Source: a virus (Duplodnaviria > Caudoviricetes). From it: a DNA stretch of 37,670 bases. Below the pieces are notes generated by a model. That model was given only the letters and a program-made list of their open reading frames with translations. It ran no database searches and was not told the DNA's origin. Of the stretch, positions 14,635-25,064 are shown one piece after another (within the stretch, counting starts at the first letter, position 1; every line of letters begins with the position of its first letter). Location of the stretch: positions 1 through 37,670 of IMG/VR virus record IMGVR_UViG_3300046010_004318, one strand, 5' to 3'. The translations under genes and the position numbers were made by a program.

Positions 14635-16067
14635 TGAAGACGCCGATCCTTGGCTCGTCTTATGTAGCGCGTAGTGTAAATGCGGCTGACAATCGCATGG
14701 TCAATCTTTTCCCTGAGATTGTTCCTGAAGCCGGAAAAGAACCGGCGTTCCTCAATCGCGCGCCAGGTCTGACACTTATAACTTCTGTCGGGACTGGGCC
14801 CATTCGCGGCCTATATACGTTTGGCGGCGAAGGATATATCGTATCTGGTCTTGGCCTGTATAAAATAAATACGTCTTGGACAACATCGTATATAGGGCTG
14901 ATAAATGGCTCTGGCCCCGTAAGCATGGCCGATAATGGCACGCAGCTATTTATCGCCGCGAATGGTCCGGGCTACATATACAATAGACTTACAGATCAGT
15001 TACTTGCGATCTCTGACGCTGATTTTACTGGCGCAGTTACCGTTGGCTATATAGACGGTTATTTTGTTTACAATGAGCCAAACAGCCAAAAGATTTGGGT
15101 AACATCTTTATTGGACGGTTTGTCGGTTAATCCGTTAGATTTTGCTAGTGCCGAAGGTTCGCCTGATAATGTGGTCGCGCTTATTGTTGATCACCGCGAA
15201 GTGTGGGTATTTGGCACCAATTCCACCGAAGTCTGGTATGACGCGGGGTTGGCTGATTTTCCTTTGGCTCCGGTGCAAGGGGCGTATAACGAAATTGGCT
15301 GTATAGCGCCTTATTCTGTGGCCAAGATGGATAACTGCGTATTTTGGCTAGGGGCCGATGCACGCGGGCGTGGTATTGTTTATAGAACGCAAGGCTATAC
15401 CGGCAAACGCATCTCAACGCACGCCGTAGAATGGCAGATCCAACAATACACCGACATGTCCGACGCTGTTGGCTATACTTACCAGCAAGACGGACATTTT
15501 TTCTACGTTCTCAATTTTCCGTCCGCTAACACAACTTGGGTCTATGACGCCTCAACGGAAGTTTGGCATGAACGCGCCGGGTGGAATAATGGCTCCTTCA
15601 CGCGCCATCGCGCTAATTGCCAAATGTCCTTTAATAACAGGATTGTAGTGGGCGACTATGAAAATGGTAACGTCTATTATTTTGACTTGAACTCTTATAA
15701 AGATAACAACGATATTCAAAAATGGCTGCGTTCTTGGCGAGCGCTTCCGACGGGTCAAAATGACTTAAACAGATCTGCGCACCATACATTGCAATTGGAT
15801 TGCGAAACCGGAGTCGGACTTGATGGAACCGGTCAGGGCGTATCCCCTGAAATGATGCTTCGATGGTCGGATGATGGTGGACATACGTGGTCTAACGAAC
15901 ACTTGGCGTCTATGGGGAAAATAGGCCAGTTCGGGTTTCGCGCTTTTTGGCGACGGTTGGGCATGACATTGAAGATCCGCGACCGTGTTTATGAGGTGTC
16001 TGGAACTGATCCCGTAAAGATAGCTATTATGGGCGCGGAATTGCACGCGAGCGCGACGAATGCCTAA
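14634..16067 (+). CDS. Tail hub/stabilisation protein (P22 gp10-like)
   Basis: 477-aa beta-propeller-like protein; SAEGSPD and MLRWSDDGGHTW motifs; synteny. Confidence 0.85.
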   Translation: MKTPILGSSYVARSVNAADNRMVNLFPEIVPEAGKEPAFLNRAPGLTLITSVGTGPIRGLYTFGGEGYIVSGLGLYKINTSWTTSYIGLINGSGPVSMADNGTQLFIAANGPGYIYNRLTDQLLAISDADFTGAVTVGYIDGYFVYNEPNSQKIWVTSLLDGLSVNPLDFASAEGSPDNVVALIVDHREVWVFGTNSTEVWYDAGLADFPLAPVQGAYNEIGCIAPYSVAKMDNCVFWLGADARGRGIVYRTQGYTGKRISTHAVEWQIQQYTDMSDAVGYTYQQDGHFFYVLNFPSANTTWVYDASTEVWHERAGWNNGSFTRHRANCQMSFNNRIVVGDYENGNVYYFDLNSYKDNNDIQKWLRSWRALPTGQNDLNRSAHHTLQLDCETGVGLDGTGQGVSPEMMLRWSDDGGHTWSNEHLASMGKIGQFGFRAFWRRLGMTLKIRDRVYEVSGTDPVKIAIMGAELHASATNA

Positions 16068-17145
16068 CGTCACAAATATAACGCCGCCGCGCGTCCCATT
16101 TCTAGAACCGGGCACAGATAGAATATCGCGAGAGTGGTATCGGTTCTTATTGAATCTATTCAATCTTACTAGCGCCGGCACTAACGATTTCAGTATTCAA
16201 GACGCGCTCGTTGGTCCCGATCCTATGGGGTCAATCGAAGCTATAGCAAAACAGACGCTTCAACAGGCGGAGCTGAACGTGGGGCCGTCTTTTGACGCCG
16301 CTAACATCGAGAGACAGATCAATGATCTAGCATCGTCTCCTAATACTTTATCTCCATTTGATCCTGCAAATTTGAACGCGGCCATTCAGGGGCTATACAA
16401 TCAGCCAGTTTACGCGCCTCAGATAAAACAGGCCGCATATGGCGGGTTTCAAGACAATAGTAATCAATTAGCCGCCACTAACACTTCAGTTCAGATCATG
16501 TATTTTGACACGACTGATGCGGCCGACCATGTGTGTCTAAATAACACTACAGCGGTATTTACGGGAACAATAGATGACGGAACACCACCGGGCGCGGGCA
16601 CAGTTCTTACCGTTACTGGAATAACGTCAGGCTCCATTTATATGGGCATGACTCTTTCAGGCACGGGTATTACGCTAGGCACCAAGATAGTTGGTTTTGT
16701 TTCTGGGACTTATGGCGCGACTGGTGTTTATACGGTAAATACGTCTCAAGAAGTCGGCAGCACCACTATAACCGGGGCTATTGCGTCGCGGCTCACGGTC
16801 TTACGGCCGGGTGTCTACAACACCCAATTTAGCGCTCAGTTCATAAATGTAGGCACCGCAGCCATCGATGACGTAAATGTCTGGTTTCGCAAGAACGGCG
16901 TCGATATAGCTGATTCCAATACGACGCTTAGTGTGTTAAATAAACATTCGGGCGTAGACGGCGCGGGGCTAATGACTGTAAATTTATTCGTTAGCCTAAA
17001 TGCAAACGATTACATAGAGTTGGCTTGGTGGGCTTCAAATACAGACGTGCAATTAGCGGCCATAGCCGCAGGAGCATCGCCAACCCGGCCCGCTACTCCC
17101 TCGATTATCGCCACACTAAATTGTGTGTCTGGTCCGATAGATTAA
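16060..17145 (+). CDS. Tail protein at the tail-needle position with extended beta domains
   Basis: PPRVPF..SREWYRF N-terminus; follows the gp10-like gene. Confidence 0.65.
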   Translation: MPNVTNITPPRVPFLEPGTDRISREWYRFLLNLFNLTSAGTNDFSIQDALVGPDPMGSIEAIAKQTLQQAELNVGPSFDAANIERQINDLASSPNTLSPFDPANLNAAIQGLYNQPVYAPQIKQAAYGGFQDNSNQLAATNTSVQIMYFDTTDAADHVCLNNTTAVFTGTIDDGTPPGAGTVLTVTGITSGSIYMGMTLSGTGITLGTKIVGFVSGTYGATGVYTVNTSQEVGSTTITGAIASRLTVLRPGVYNTQFSAQFINVGTAAIDDVNVWFRKNGVDIADSNTTLSVLNKHSGVDGAGLMTVNLFVSLNANDYIELAWWASNTDVQLAAIAAGASPTRPATPSIIATLNCVSGPID

Positions 17146-17155
17146 GGATTATGCT

Positions 17156-19060
17156 ATGACCGCAGCTACGTTATCCCCGGCCCCCAAGCTTCAATTTTTT
17201 GACGCTAACGGAAATCCGTTGGTTGGGGGAAAGCTGTATTCTTACGCGGCTGGCACAACCACACCTTTAGCTACTTACACCAGTTCGTCCGCAGGAACGC
17301 CTAACAGCAATCCGATTATTCTTGACTCCCGCGGCGAGGCTAATGTTTGGCTAACAGGGGTTCTCTATAAACTGCGGTTAGAGACAGCTACCGGCGTCGA
17401 GATCTGGACAGTCGATAATGTCGGTAACGACATCCTTGCTCAGTTAGCCGCTTCTAACGGGTCGTCATTAATCGGGTATATTGCGGCCGGCGTAGGGGCT
17501 GAAGCAAGAACTGTTCAGTCTAAGCTTCGTGAATCGCTCAGCGTTAAAGACTTCGGCGCTGTCGGTGACGGTATTACGGATGATACGGCAGCGATCCAAG
17601 AAGCCATAACGGCAGCTATTGCGGCGGGCGCGGATGTTTTTTACCCTGCCGGCACGTATAAGCAGGGACCGGTCACTCTTACAGATGCTTCACAGATTTA
17701 CGTGCGGGGCTTTAACGCCGCCATTAATGCTTATGGAAGTATGGCTGGAAGTACCGACGATACCAACAGAAATGCCGTCTTCAAACTCAGCGGAACTTGT
17801 TCTAGCGTTACCTTTTTTGGCCTTACCATCAACGGTGACGGTCTTCTGGCAAATAGACAGCGCGGCATAGGCTATGACTACTATAGCCCGCCCATTCTTA
17901 CAGACATAAATATCCTAAGCTGTGACTTTCACAACCTATTGATAGCCGTTATTCTACCGGGGGTTAACCAGGCGCGGTTTATCGACAATACGGTTAACGG
18001 CACTATTGGCTCGGATAGCGGGCAAGGAATCGGATTTGTTACAGAGATTTCTGGATCAACAAAACCGCGATCTGTGCTGTTTTCGGGCAATACATTCTAT
18101 AGAACAACGCGCCACGCCATTTATACGAACTATATTGAGGGTGGCAGCCTTGTTGGAAATCAGTTTCAAGAACATGCGCCATCATTCACTGGGGCAGCAA
18201 CGACAGGCCGCGCCGCAATAGCTATCGCCAGATGCTTTGGCATATCAATATCCGCTAATACCTTTTTAGATTGCCGCGACGCAGCATTAATTGTTGACCA
18301 AGACTCGACGACGATTGTTTCTGCCATAACGGTGACAGGAAATACTTTTTATAATACTCGTGGCGTTTCACTTAAAGTGGGCCGCACGGGGTCTACCGGG
18401 GAGTGCTATTTCGTAAATGTTACTGGCAATACTTTTGTCACCAATGGCGCGTATAATTCCGCCGACATAGTTATAACGGACGTAAAACGGCTTAAATTTG
18501 CGGAAAACATCATAGACGCCAATCGTGCGTATCCGTTAACCAAGACAATCATAGACATCTCTGAATACGATGCCGCGTATTTTGAGGATATAGACATATC
18601 CAATAATATCGGGTCTATATCCAGTTCAGGAAGCGCTCATTTTGTAACCATGAGTGTAGGTATATCTACGTCGCAATATGGCCCATATATGCTGAAAAAT
18701 AACAGCATAACTGGCGTAACGCGGCTATACTTATACGCACCCGCTGGCGTCTGCTACAATGATAAAATACGGACTGATTGGGACTATGAATATACTATTT
18801 CATCGGCTGGCACGCCCAGCGTGGCGGGGTATAATACCTTCCGCGTATCTTTAGCCGCGCCGGGAAATATAACTTTCTTTAATAACGGCTATAATCAGCA
18901 AGTCATACGGCTGTATTTTGACAATGCCAATGCCACGTTGACAAACGCCATGTATCTTGCAGGCGGCGCTAATTTTACCTCATCAACGTCCGACTATATG
19001 CAGCTCTTGTATAGATCTGGCGCTACAAACTGGTTTGAGCAATCGCGCAGCGTAAATTAA
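17156..19060 (+). CDS. Tailspike / polysaccharide depolymerase (right-handed beta-helix)
   Basis: N-terminal virion-attachment domain; SVKDFGAVGDGITDDTAAIQ pectate-lyase-3-type start; repeated GNTF rungs. Confidence 0.85.
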   Translation: MTAATLSPAPKLQFFDANGNPLVGGKLYSYAAGTTTPLATYTSSSAGTPNSNPIILDSRGEANVWLTGVLYKLRLETATGVEIWTVDNVGNDILAQLAASNGSSLIGYIAAGVGAEARTVQSKLRESLSVKDFGAVGDGITDDTAAIQEAITAAIAAGADVFYPAGTYKQGPVTLTDASQIYVRGFNAAINAYGSMAGSTDDTNRNAVFKLSGTCSSVTFFGLTINGDGLLANRQRGIGYDYYSPPILTDINILSCDFHNLLIAVILPGVNQARFIDNTVNGTIGSDSGQGIGFVTEISGSTKPRSVLFSGNTFYRTTRHAIYTNYIEGGSLVGNQFQEHAPSFTGAATTGRAAIAIARCFGISISANTFLDCRDAALIVDQDSTTIVSAITVTGNTFYNTRGVSLKVGRTGSTGECYFVNVTGNTFVTNGAYNSADIVITDVKRLKFAENIIDANRAYPLTKTIIDISEYDAAYFEDIDISNNIGSISSSGSAHFVTMSVGISTSQYGPYMLKNNSITGVTRLYLYAPAGVCYNDKIRTDWDYEYTISSAGTPSVAGYNTFRVSLAAPGNITFFNNGYNQQVIRLYFDNANATLTNAMYLAGGANFTSSTSDYMQLLYRSGATNWFEQSRSVN

Positions 19061-19072
19061 TAGGGGGCTGAA

Positions 19073-19411
19073 ATGGCCGTATATGTAAAAGTTTTAGTGC
19101 CGGCAAAAATTGCGGAGGCGTCGCAGACCACGCAGTATACGTCGACAGGTGTGACCACAATCATAGACAAGTTTACGGCTACTAACTATGATTCGGCTAC
19201 ATACACGTTATCGGTCAATCTTGTGACATCGGGCGGATCTGCATCCAACACAAATCTGATCGTTAAAACAAAATCTTTGCAGCCGGGCGAAACCTATACG
19301 TTTCCTGAAATTGTCGGGCAGGTTCTTGGCGCGGGCGATTTTGTGTCTACAATCGCTAGCTCTGGAACCAGCATCAATATCCGCGCTTCGGGCCGAACAA
19401 TTACGCAATGA
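19073..19411 (+). CDS. Small virion structural protein
   Basis: 112-aa beta-rich protein; GGGGG RBS. Confidence 0.7.
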   Translation: MAVYVKVLVPAKIAEASQTTQYTSTGVTTIIDKFTATNYDSATYTLSVNLVTSGGSASNTNLIVKTKSLQPGETYTFPEIVGQVLGAGDFVSTIASSGTSINIRASGRTITQ

Positions 19412-19767
19412 CGACCCGGATCATAAATGACCGCGAAACGGCGCTGCGCATCGGCTACAAAGCGACTGATTGGGGATACCCGATAAGTTACGAAGAGCAT
19501 GTAAAGAGCGCTGAAGGCTGGACTGTTGACGTCATAGAGCGCGACGACCAACCGATAGGCGCGTTGTTTATATCAGATGATGGCGAAGTTCATGTCTCCA
19601 TTCTGCCTGAATGGCGGCGTAAGTGGCTGACAAAAGGGCTTTTGAGGCAGATAGTCGCGCACCCCAAGTTTTATACGCGGGTAGACGATGGCCACGACTA
19701 TATGTATGGTATTCTTGAGCGACTTGGCATGGTGAGCCGCCCTGACGGCACGGTAGGAAGGATCTAA
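19408..19767 (+). CDS. GNAT-fold protein (P22 gp14-like position)
   Basis: EVHVSILPEWRRKW and LERLGM resemble GNAT motifs A and B; precedes the ejection genes. Confidence 0.55.
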   Translation: MTTRIINDRETALRIGYKATDWGYPISYEEHVKSAEGWTVDVIERDDQPIGALFISDDGEVHVSILPEWRRKWLTKGLLRQIVAHPKFYTRVDDGHDYMYGILERLGMVSRPDGTVGRI

Positions 19768-19769
19768 CG

Positions 19770-20495
19770 ATGGGTTGGGGTAAAGCCGCAGCGGCTCAGA
19801 ATCAAGCCACTCAGTTGGCGATGATTGCGCAGGCCCAACAGGCCGCGCAGGCTCAAAACGCGCTTCAGCAAGGGCAGACGCAGGCCGCTGGGGCGCTGAA
19901 CAAAGGCATGGAAGCCTTTACGCCTTATCAGACTGTCGGCGTGAACGCTATCAATCAGCTCGCCTCGCTATACGGGCCGAACGGCGAATATACGCAAATG
20001 CCGACATTTGCGCAGCTTCAGATGGACCCTAGCTATGCGTTCCGCGAACAGCAGGGCATGAAGGCGCTCCAGCAATCAGCAGCGGCGCGCGGCGGTCTTT
20101 TGTCTGGCTCAACGCTAAAAGGCATTCAGAACTACAGTCAAGGTCTAGCCTCTACCGAATACGGTAATGCCTATAATCGGTTTATGCAGAACCGCCTAGC
20201 GGCCACACAGGCGCTTCAAAGTCTTGGCAGTTCAGGCATGAGCGCGGCGCAGGGCATGAGCAATGTCGGCGCTAATCTCGCCAATGTTTATACCGGCACG
20301 GGACAGCAACTCGCCAGCAACTATAACCAGCTAGGCCAGAACATCGGTCAGGGTTACGCCAACATCGGCGCTAATAACGCGGCGGCGTATATGGGGCCGA
20401 CGAATGCGATGACTTCATTGCTTGGGCAGGCGCTTCAAGCTGGCGGGACGTATGCTGGCTATAAGGCTGGTATGGGTAAATCTCTCTTTGGCTAA
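19770..20495 (+). CDS. DNA ejection (pilot) protein, gp7-like
   Basis: A/Q/G-rich; DPSYAFR..QG..A...SAAARGGLLSG motif. Confidence 0.8.
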   Translation: MGWGKAAAAQNQATQLAMIAQAQQAAQAQNALQQGQTQAAGALNKGMEAFTPYQTVGVNAINQLASLYGPNGEYTQMPTFAQLQMDPSYAFREQQGMKALQQSAAARGGLLSGSTLKGIQNYSQGLASTEYGNAYNRFMQNRLAATQALQSLGSSGMSAAQGMSNVGANLANVYTGTGQQLASNYNQLGQNIGQGYANIGANNAAAYMGPTNAMTSLLGQALQAGGTYAGYKAGMGKSLFG

Positions 20496-20506
20496 GGTAA
20501 TTTACG

Positions 20507-22177
20507 ATGCCAATTCAATATCGTCCTATCCCTGAGTTCGAAACGCCGAATTTGAACCTCATGGGTTCGTTTGCGCAGGGGCAGGCGCTTGCAGCAAATG
20601 CGCTCCAACAGCAGCGTTTAGAACAACAAATGCGGCTTGCTGAAGCAGCGGCGGGATATGCGGCTAATAAAGACATTCGTGAAGCCGATAAATTACAGGC
20701 CGAACAGCAGGCGAAAGAATTTGAGATAGCGTCTAAAAAATACGACTATCTCGTTAACATGACCCCGCGCATAAACGCGCAAAATTACCCGTCTTGGCGT
20801 AAACAGGTCGCAGAGACATTTCCGCTTGCCGCCGCGACATTGCCGGAAGCATATGACCCGCAGTCGATTCAAATGATTGCTATGCAAGGCGCGGACCTGA
20901 AACCGCAGATCTTGCAACAGCAATTTGGGTCACAGACACGTATGCTGCGTGTCAGTCCTGCCGGAGGGCCGGCGCAAGAAATTTCGGGTTCGCGTATTGC
21001 GTCGGAAGATCTGGAACCGATGGAAGACGCGAATAAAAACCTTCTTGGCTATCGCGTGAAAGGCACTGGCGTTACTTATACACCGGAAGAAGCGGCGCAG
21101 TATGGCTACACGATGGCCCGCGAAGGCACAGGCAAAAATCCGCGTTCTTCGGCGCAAGGCATAGGTCAGTTCATCGACAGCACGTTTGTCGACACTTATC
21201 GCAAGACTTTTCCTGATCGCGCTAAAGGTATGTCAAAAGAAGCAATTCTGGCGCAGCGCGGCACTATGATTGATGGCGTGCCAGTTGAAGAGCCTATGCT
21301 TCAGGCGTTTACGGCGGCTAATCAACAGAAGTTGCGTGATGCAGGCTTTCAGCCATCTAAAGGCAATACCTACCTAGCGCATTTTCTTGGTGCTGATGGC
21401 GCGCTTGACGTGCTTGGCGCGTCACCAGATACGCCAGTGTCGGAACTATTATCGCCTAAAGCGATTAAAGCTAACCCTGAAGTTTTTGCCAAGGCTAAAA
21501 CGGCGGGTGATCTTATTCGCTGGGCTGGCGGTGGTGGAGCAACCAAGGCTCAAGAATCTGGCATTCGAGAGCCATTAAAATCGTTTACTCCTGCTCCGAT
21601 AGGCACGGAAGAAGCTGCCGGACAAAAATCGGCGCTCAAATTCCTTGACGCTATCGAATATAACCCGGAAACGGGTGCATCGCGTCCTGCGCAGTTAATG
21701 GAATCCGTTGGTGGCGGTCGGCCTACGCAGGTTCTTTACGGTCTTGCGCGGGCTTTTGGCGTGTCTACGGAAGGAACACGCGGCGAAGCGCGTCTCAGTT
21801 CATCGCAGAAAAACGCTCTTTTGGATAAAGTTGGCGGCAGTCTTGGCGGCAAGAGCTTTACTGACGAAGATCGTAAATTTGTCATGGAAGCTATTGGCGG
21901 TCTTGACGACACGGCAGTTCCAGTCGGTGATCGTCTAGCTAAATTCGATGAAGCCGTGCGTATGCTCTCGCGTCGTGCGGGCGTGCCGTATAAAGAAGCG
22001 CCGCAGTTAAGCCGACTGCGCGGCGTGGCGACGCCTGAAGGCGCGGCGGCTACACGTGGCAAAGCCGGCGGCGAAGAGATGGTCACTATAGACATCCCCG
22101 GTCAGGGGCCGCATAAGTTCCCTGCGAGTGTTGCGGATAAAGTTCGCGCAGCTATTGCGGCGCGGGGAGGTCGTTAA
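20507..22177 (+). CDS. DNA ejection protein with lytic transglycosylase-like domain
   Basis: REG...NPRSSAQGIGQFIDSTF...YLAHFLG lysozyme-fold motifs in the central region. Confidence 0.75.
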   Translation: MPIQYRPIPEFETPNLNLMGSFAQGQALAANALQQQRLEQQMRLAEAAAGYAANKDIREADKLQAEQQAKEFEIASKKYDYLVNMTPRINAQNYPSWRKQVAETFPLAAATLPEAYDPQSIQMIAMQGADLKPQILQQQFGSQTRMLRVSPAGGPAQEISGSRIASEDLEPMEDANKNLLGYRVKGTGVTYTPEEAAQYGYTMAREGTGKNPRSSAQGIGQFIDSTFVDTYRKTFPDRAKGMSKEAILAQRGTMIDGVPVEEPMLQAFTAANQQKLRDAGFQPSKGNTYLAHFLGADGALDVLGASPDTPVSELLSPKAIKANPEVFAKAKTAGDLIRWAGGGGATKAQESGIREPLKSFTPAPIGTEEAAGQKSALKFLDAIEYNPETGASRPAQLMESVGGGRPTQVLYGLARAFGVSTEGTRGEARLSSSQKNALLDKVGGSLGGKSFTDEDRKFVMEAIGGLDDTAVPVGDRLAKFDEAVRMLSRRAGVPYKEAPQLSRLRGVATPEGAAATRGKAGGEEMVTIDIPGQGPHKFPASVADKVRAAIAARGGR

Positions 22178-24807
22178 TGGCCGACTATTCAGACATTATC
22201 TCGCAATACGGCGGCGCACCGGCTGGCGATTACTCCGACATAATTTCTCAATACGGCGGCGTTCCTGAACGGAAAGCTGTTTCGCCGGTATTTGAGAAAC
22301 CATTCTTCGGAACTGCGCCCAAGACAGGTGAAGAAGCGGTTAGCAACCTCCTTGACATTGGCACGCTATTAGGCGGCGGCGCGGCTATTGCCGGCATGAA
22401 TATCGCCCGCGAGCCCATGAAACCCGCCGTAGAAATGGCAAAAGGCGTTGTTGGTCTGCCTCTTATGGCTGGCCAAGCCGCTATGGGTGATGTCGCTGCG
22501 AGAGAACAGCTACGGTCACTTCCGGCTAATGTCTTAGCCGATTATGCTCGCGCGTATGGCTCTCCGCAGGCAGCGTATATGACCGCTGTTACTGAGCCCT
22601 CACGCTTTGCTATGGATGTTTCGACGCTGCCGGCGCTTGGTAGCACGGCGGCGCGAGTCGCCGGACGCGCTATTGGCACAAGCGCAGAAGCAGCGCAAGC
22701 CGGCGCGCGTAACATGATCGGGCGCGTTCTGCCGATTTCTAGCGACGAAGCGGCGATTCAGAACCGGCTTGCCGCGCTTACAGGGCCAGTCGCACCGGCG
22801 GATATTCGCGCTGCTTATGAGCAAGGCGTTCAGATCCCGCGCACACCTGGTATGCCTGCGCCGTCTTTGGCGGAAGCGACAGCGGCTGGCGGTGTAGAAC
22901 TGCCGGGTCTTGCCGCGCTTGAAAAGAGCTACGGCGGCGTTGAGACGCCGGCTGGTCGCGCTATTCTTGAGCGCCCGCAGCAGCAGGCTGCGGCTATCCG
23001 CGACCAGTTGGCGCGAGTGGACGCTACAATCCAAGAGCGCGCTGGCGCGCTATCACCGGAAGAATTGGCAAATCCGCGCATTATCCGCGACGTGCCTTTG
23101 CGCAATCTGGCTGAAGAACGTAAAGCGCTTGAATCTGAACTTGGCGCGCTTCAGCGGTATTTGCCGTCAACAGATCTTTATGAACGCGGCGTTTCTATCC
23201 AAGCGGCGGCAAAAGAAGGTGAAAAGCTCGCCAGTCAGGAAATGGAGGATATTTTTAAGAAACCTTTTGCCGGCAAATGGGGGCGAGCAAAAGAAAATAT
23301 AGCGCCTGTCGTAAAGCAGGCTGAAAACATTCTTGCAGATCCAACGGCGGAATTTTCGCCTGCTACCGTGCCGGGATCTTTGGCGGAATACATAGCTAAA
23401 CAGCGTCCGCAAGCAAAAGGCGATTGGGTTTCTTTAGGTGAAGGCGCGGGGTATTACGCTGAACCAACTGAAGCCGCTCCGGTCATGGCGTCGTTTCGCT
23501 CAATCGGCAAACTTAACAAGGCCATAAACGCTGAATTATCCTCAGTTTTTAGGGCTTCTCCTAATGACGTTAAGGCCAATACGCGCAAAGCGCATTTGCT
23601 TCAGCTCAAAAAGAGACTGACTGATATTGTCGAATCCAGTGAAACCATACCTCAAGAAGCGCGGACGGCTTGGAAAGACGCTAATAAGGCTTTTGTTGAT
23701 AAGATCGTAAAACCTTATCGAACGGGCGTGTCTGGCGATTTATTTCGGACAAATATTAAAAACGAAACCGTTCTGCCTCCAGACACAACGGTCGCCAAAT
23801 TCTTATCCGATGGCCGCAACGCACGGCAATTTGCGACAACTTTCGGCGATAATCCGGCGGTCATGTCGGATGTAAATGATGCGATTCTGGCCATGGCGCG
23901 CAAAGAAGCCGTTACGGATGGCATAGTCGACCCAAAAGCCCTAGCGTCTTTTGTCGAAAAATATCGGGAGCCTTTAGATGTAATAGGCTCCGATGTTAAC
24001 GACATCATTAGTCAAGTTCAGCGCAGCGCTACTAGAATGCAAACTGGTATTGCAAAACTCACCGAACAAGCGAAAGCGCTTAAAGAGACTGATTGGCGCG
24101 CTCTTGTAGATAGAGCTGAGAAATCATCGCAAGAGATGAGTTTTCTTAAAGAGCGTTTGCGCAAATCGCCTGAAGCGTTAGAAGCGCTGGCCAAAGAAGT
24201 ATCAGATCGTGTGCTAGAAAATGTCACGGCTGGCGAACCTAAAGCCGCGCTTAAAAAGCTATCCGATCAGCGTCGCGCCATTATTGGCGCAGTCGGCAAG
24301 GAGCAATACGACGCTCTGCGCGCTTTGGCTGAAGATCAGCTTCAACTTAAAGAAGTCTCCAAAACCGCGCCTAGCACCGATGCACAGTTGCGCGCGGATA
24401 TTAGTGGCTATAGCGCCGCTCAAAAGAATGACATCAAGTTGGCTATCGACGATCTGGCGCGCATGAAGCAGATGGAACGCCTATCAGCTAAAGCTCCCGC
24501 TAACTTAGGTGAAAAAGCAGCCGAAGAAGTTGCGTTCCAGTGGTATAACCCGCTGTCATACCCATACAATCTCATTCACGCGACGCAGCGGTTTCTCCAG
24601 AAACGTCAGAACGCGCGGGTGTCTGCGCGGCTTGCGCGCGACTTATACGAAAACCCAGAACGTGTGCTGACCATATTGGAGCAAGGGACTACCAAACCCC
24701 GCGTCAAAACTACGCCACCGTCCGCCGAATCTAAAGTGCCGGCTGTCGTAGGCGCGGTCAATGTTCTTAGCCGTGGTCAAAATCGAAACGCAATGTCGAG
24801 GCAATGA
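22177..24807 (+). CDS. Large DNA ejection/internal virion protein (gp16-like)
   Basis: 876 aa, Ala-rich and helical; last of three coupled genes before the lysis cassette. Confidence 0.75.
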   Translation: MADYSDIISQYGGAPAGDYSDIISQYGGVPERKAVSPVFEKPFFGTAPKTGEEAVSNLLDIGTLLGGGAAIAGMNIAREPMKPAVEMAKGVVGLPLMAGQAAMGDVAAREQLRSLPANVLADYARAYGSPQAAYMTAVTEPSRFAMDVSTLPALGSTAARVAGRAIGTSAEAAQAGARNMIGRVLPISSDEAAIQNRLAALTGPVAPADIRAAYEQGVQIPRTPGMPAPSLAEATAAGGVELPGLAALEKSYGGVETPAGRAILERPQQQAAAIRDQLARVDATIQERAGALSPEELANPRIIRDVPLRNLAEERKALESELGALQRYLPSTDLYERGVSIQAAAKEGEKLASQEMEDIFKKPFAGKWGRAKENIAPVVKQAENILADPTAEFSPATVPGSLAEYIAKQRPQAKGDWVSLGEGAGYYAEPTEAAPVMASFRSIGKLNKAINAELSSVFRASPNDVKANTRKAHLLQLKKRLTDIVESSETIPQEARTAWKDANKAFVDKIVKPYRTGVSGDLFRTNIKNETVLPPDTTVAKFLSDGRNARQFATTFGDNPAVMSDVNDAILAMARKEAVTDGIVDPKALASFVEKYREPLDVIGSDVNDIISQVQRSATRMQTGIAKLTEQAKALKETDWRALVDRAEKSSQEMSFLKERLRKSPEALEALAKEVSDRVLENVTAGEPKAALKKLSDQRRAIIGAVGKEQYDALRALAEDQLQLKEVSKTAPSTDAQLRADISGYSAAQKNDIKLAIDDLARMKQMERLSAKAPANLGEKAAEEVAFQWYNPLSYPYNLIHATQRFLQKRQNARVSARLARDLYENPERVLTILEQGTTKPRVKTTPPSAESKVPAVVGAVNVLSRGQNRNAMSRQ

Positions 24808-25064
24808 TGGTCGAATATCAAGTTCTCTTTGATGTGGCCATCGGCGTCATCGGTGTGCTGGGCGGCTGGACGCTCAACACCGTTTGGGCGGCTGTGAAGG
24901 ATCTACAGGAAGCCGACAAAGAGCTGGCCGAAAAGGTCGGCAACATCGAGGTGCTGGTCGCCGGGCGCTATATCACTCGCGAAGAGTTTAACTCGACCTT
25001 GAACCAAGTGTTTGAGCGGCTCGACCGCATCCGTGATCTTCTCAGCACAAAGGCTGACCGATGA
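24804..25064 (+). CDS. Single-TM plus coiled-coil membrane protein (holin/antiholin candidate)
   Basis: N-terminal TM segment VLFDVAIGVIGVLGGWTL; YITREEF; coupled to the endolysin gene. Confidence 0.6.
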   Translation: MMVEYQVLFDVAIGVIGVLGGWTLNTVWAAVKDLQEADKELAEKVGNIEVLVAGRYITREEFNSTLNQVFERLDRIRDLLSTKADR

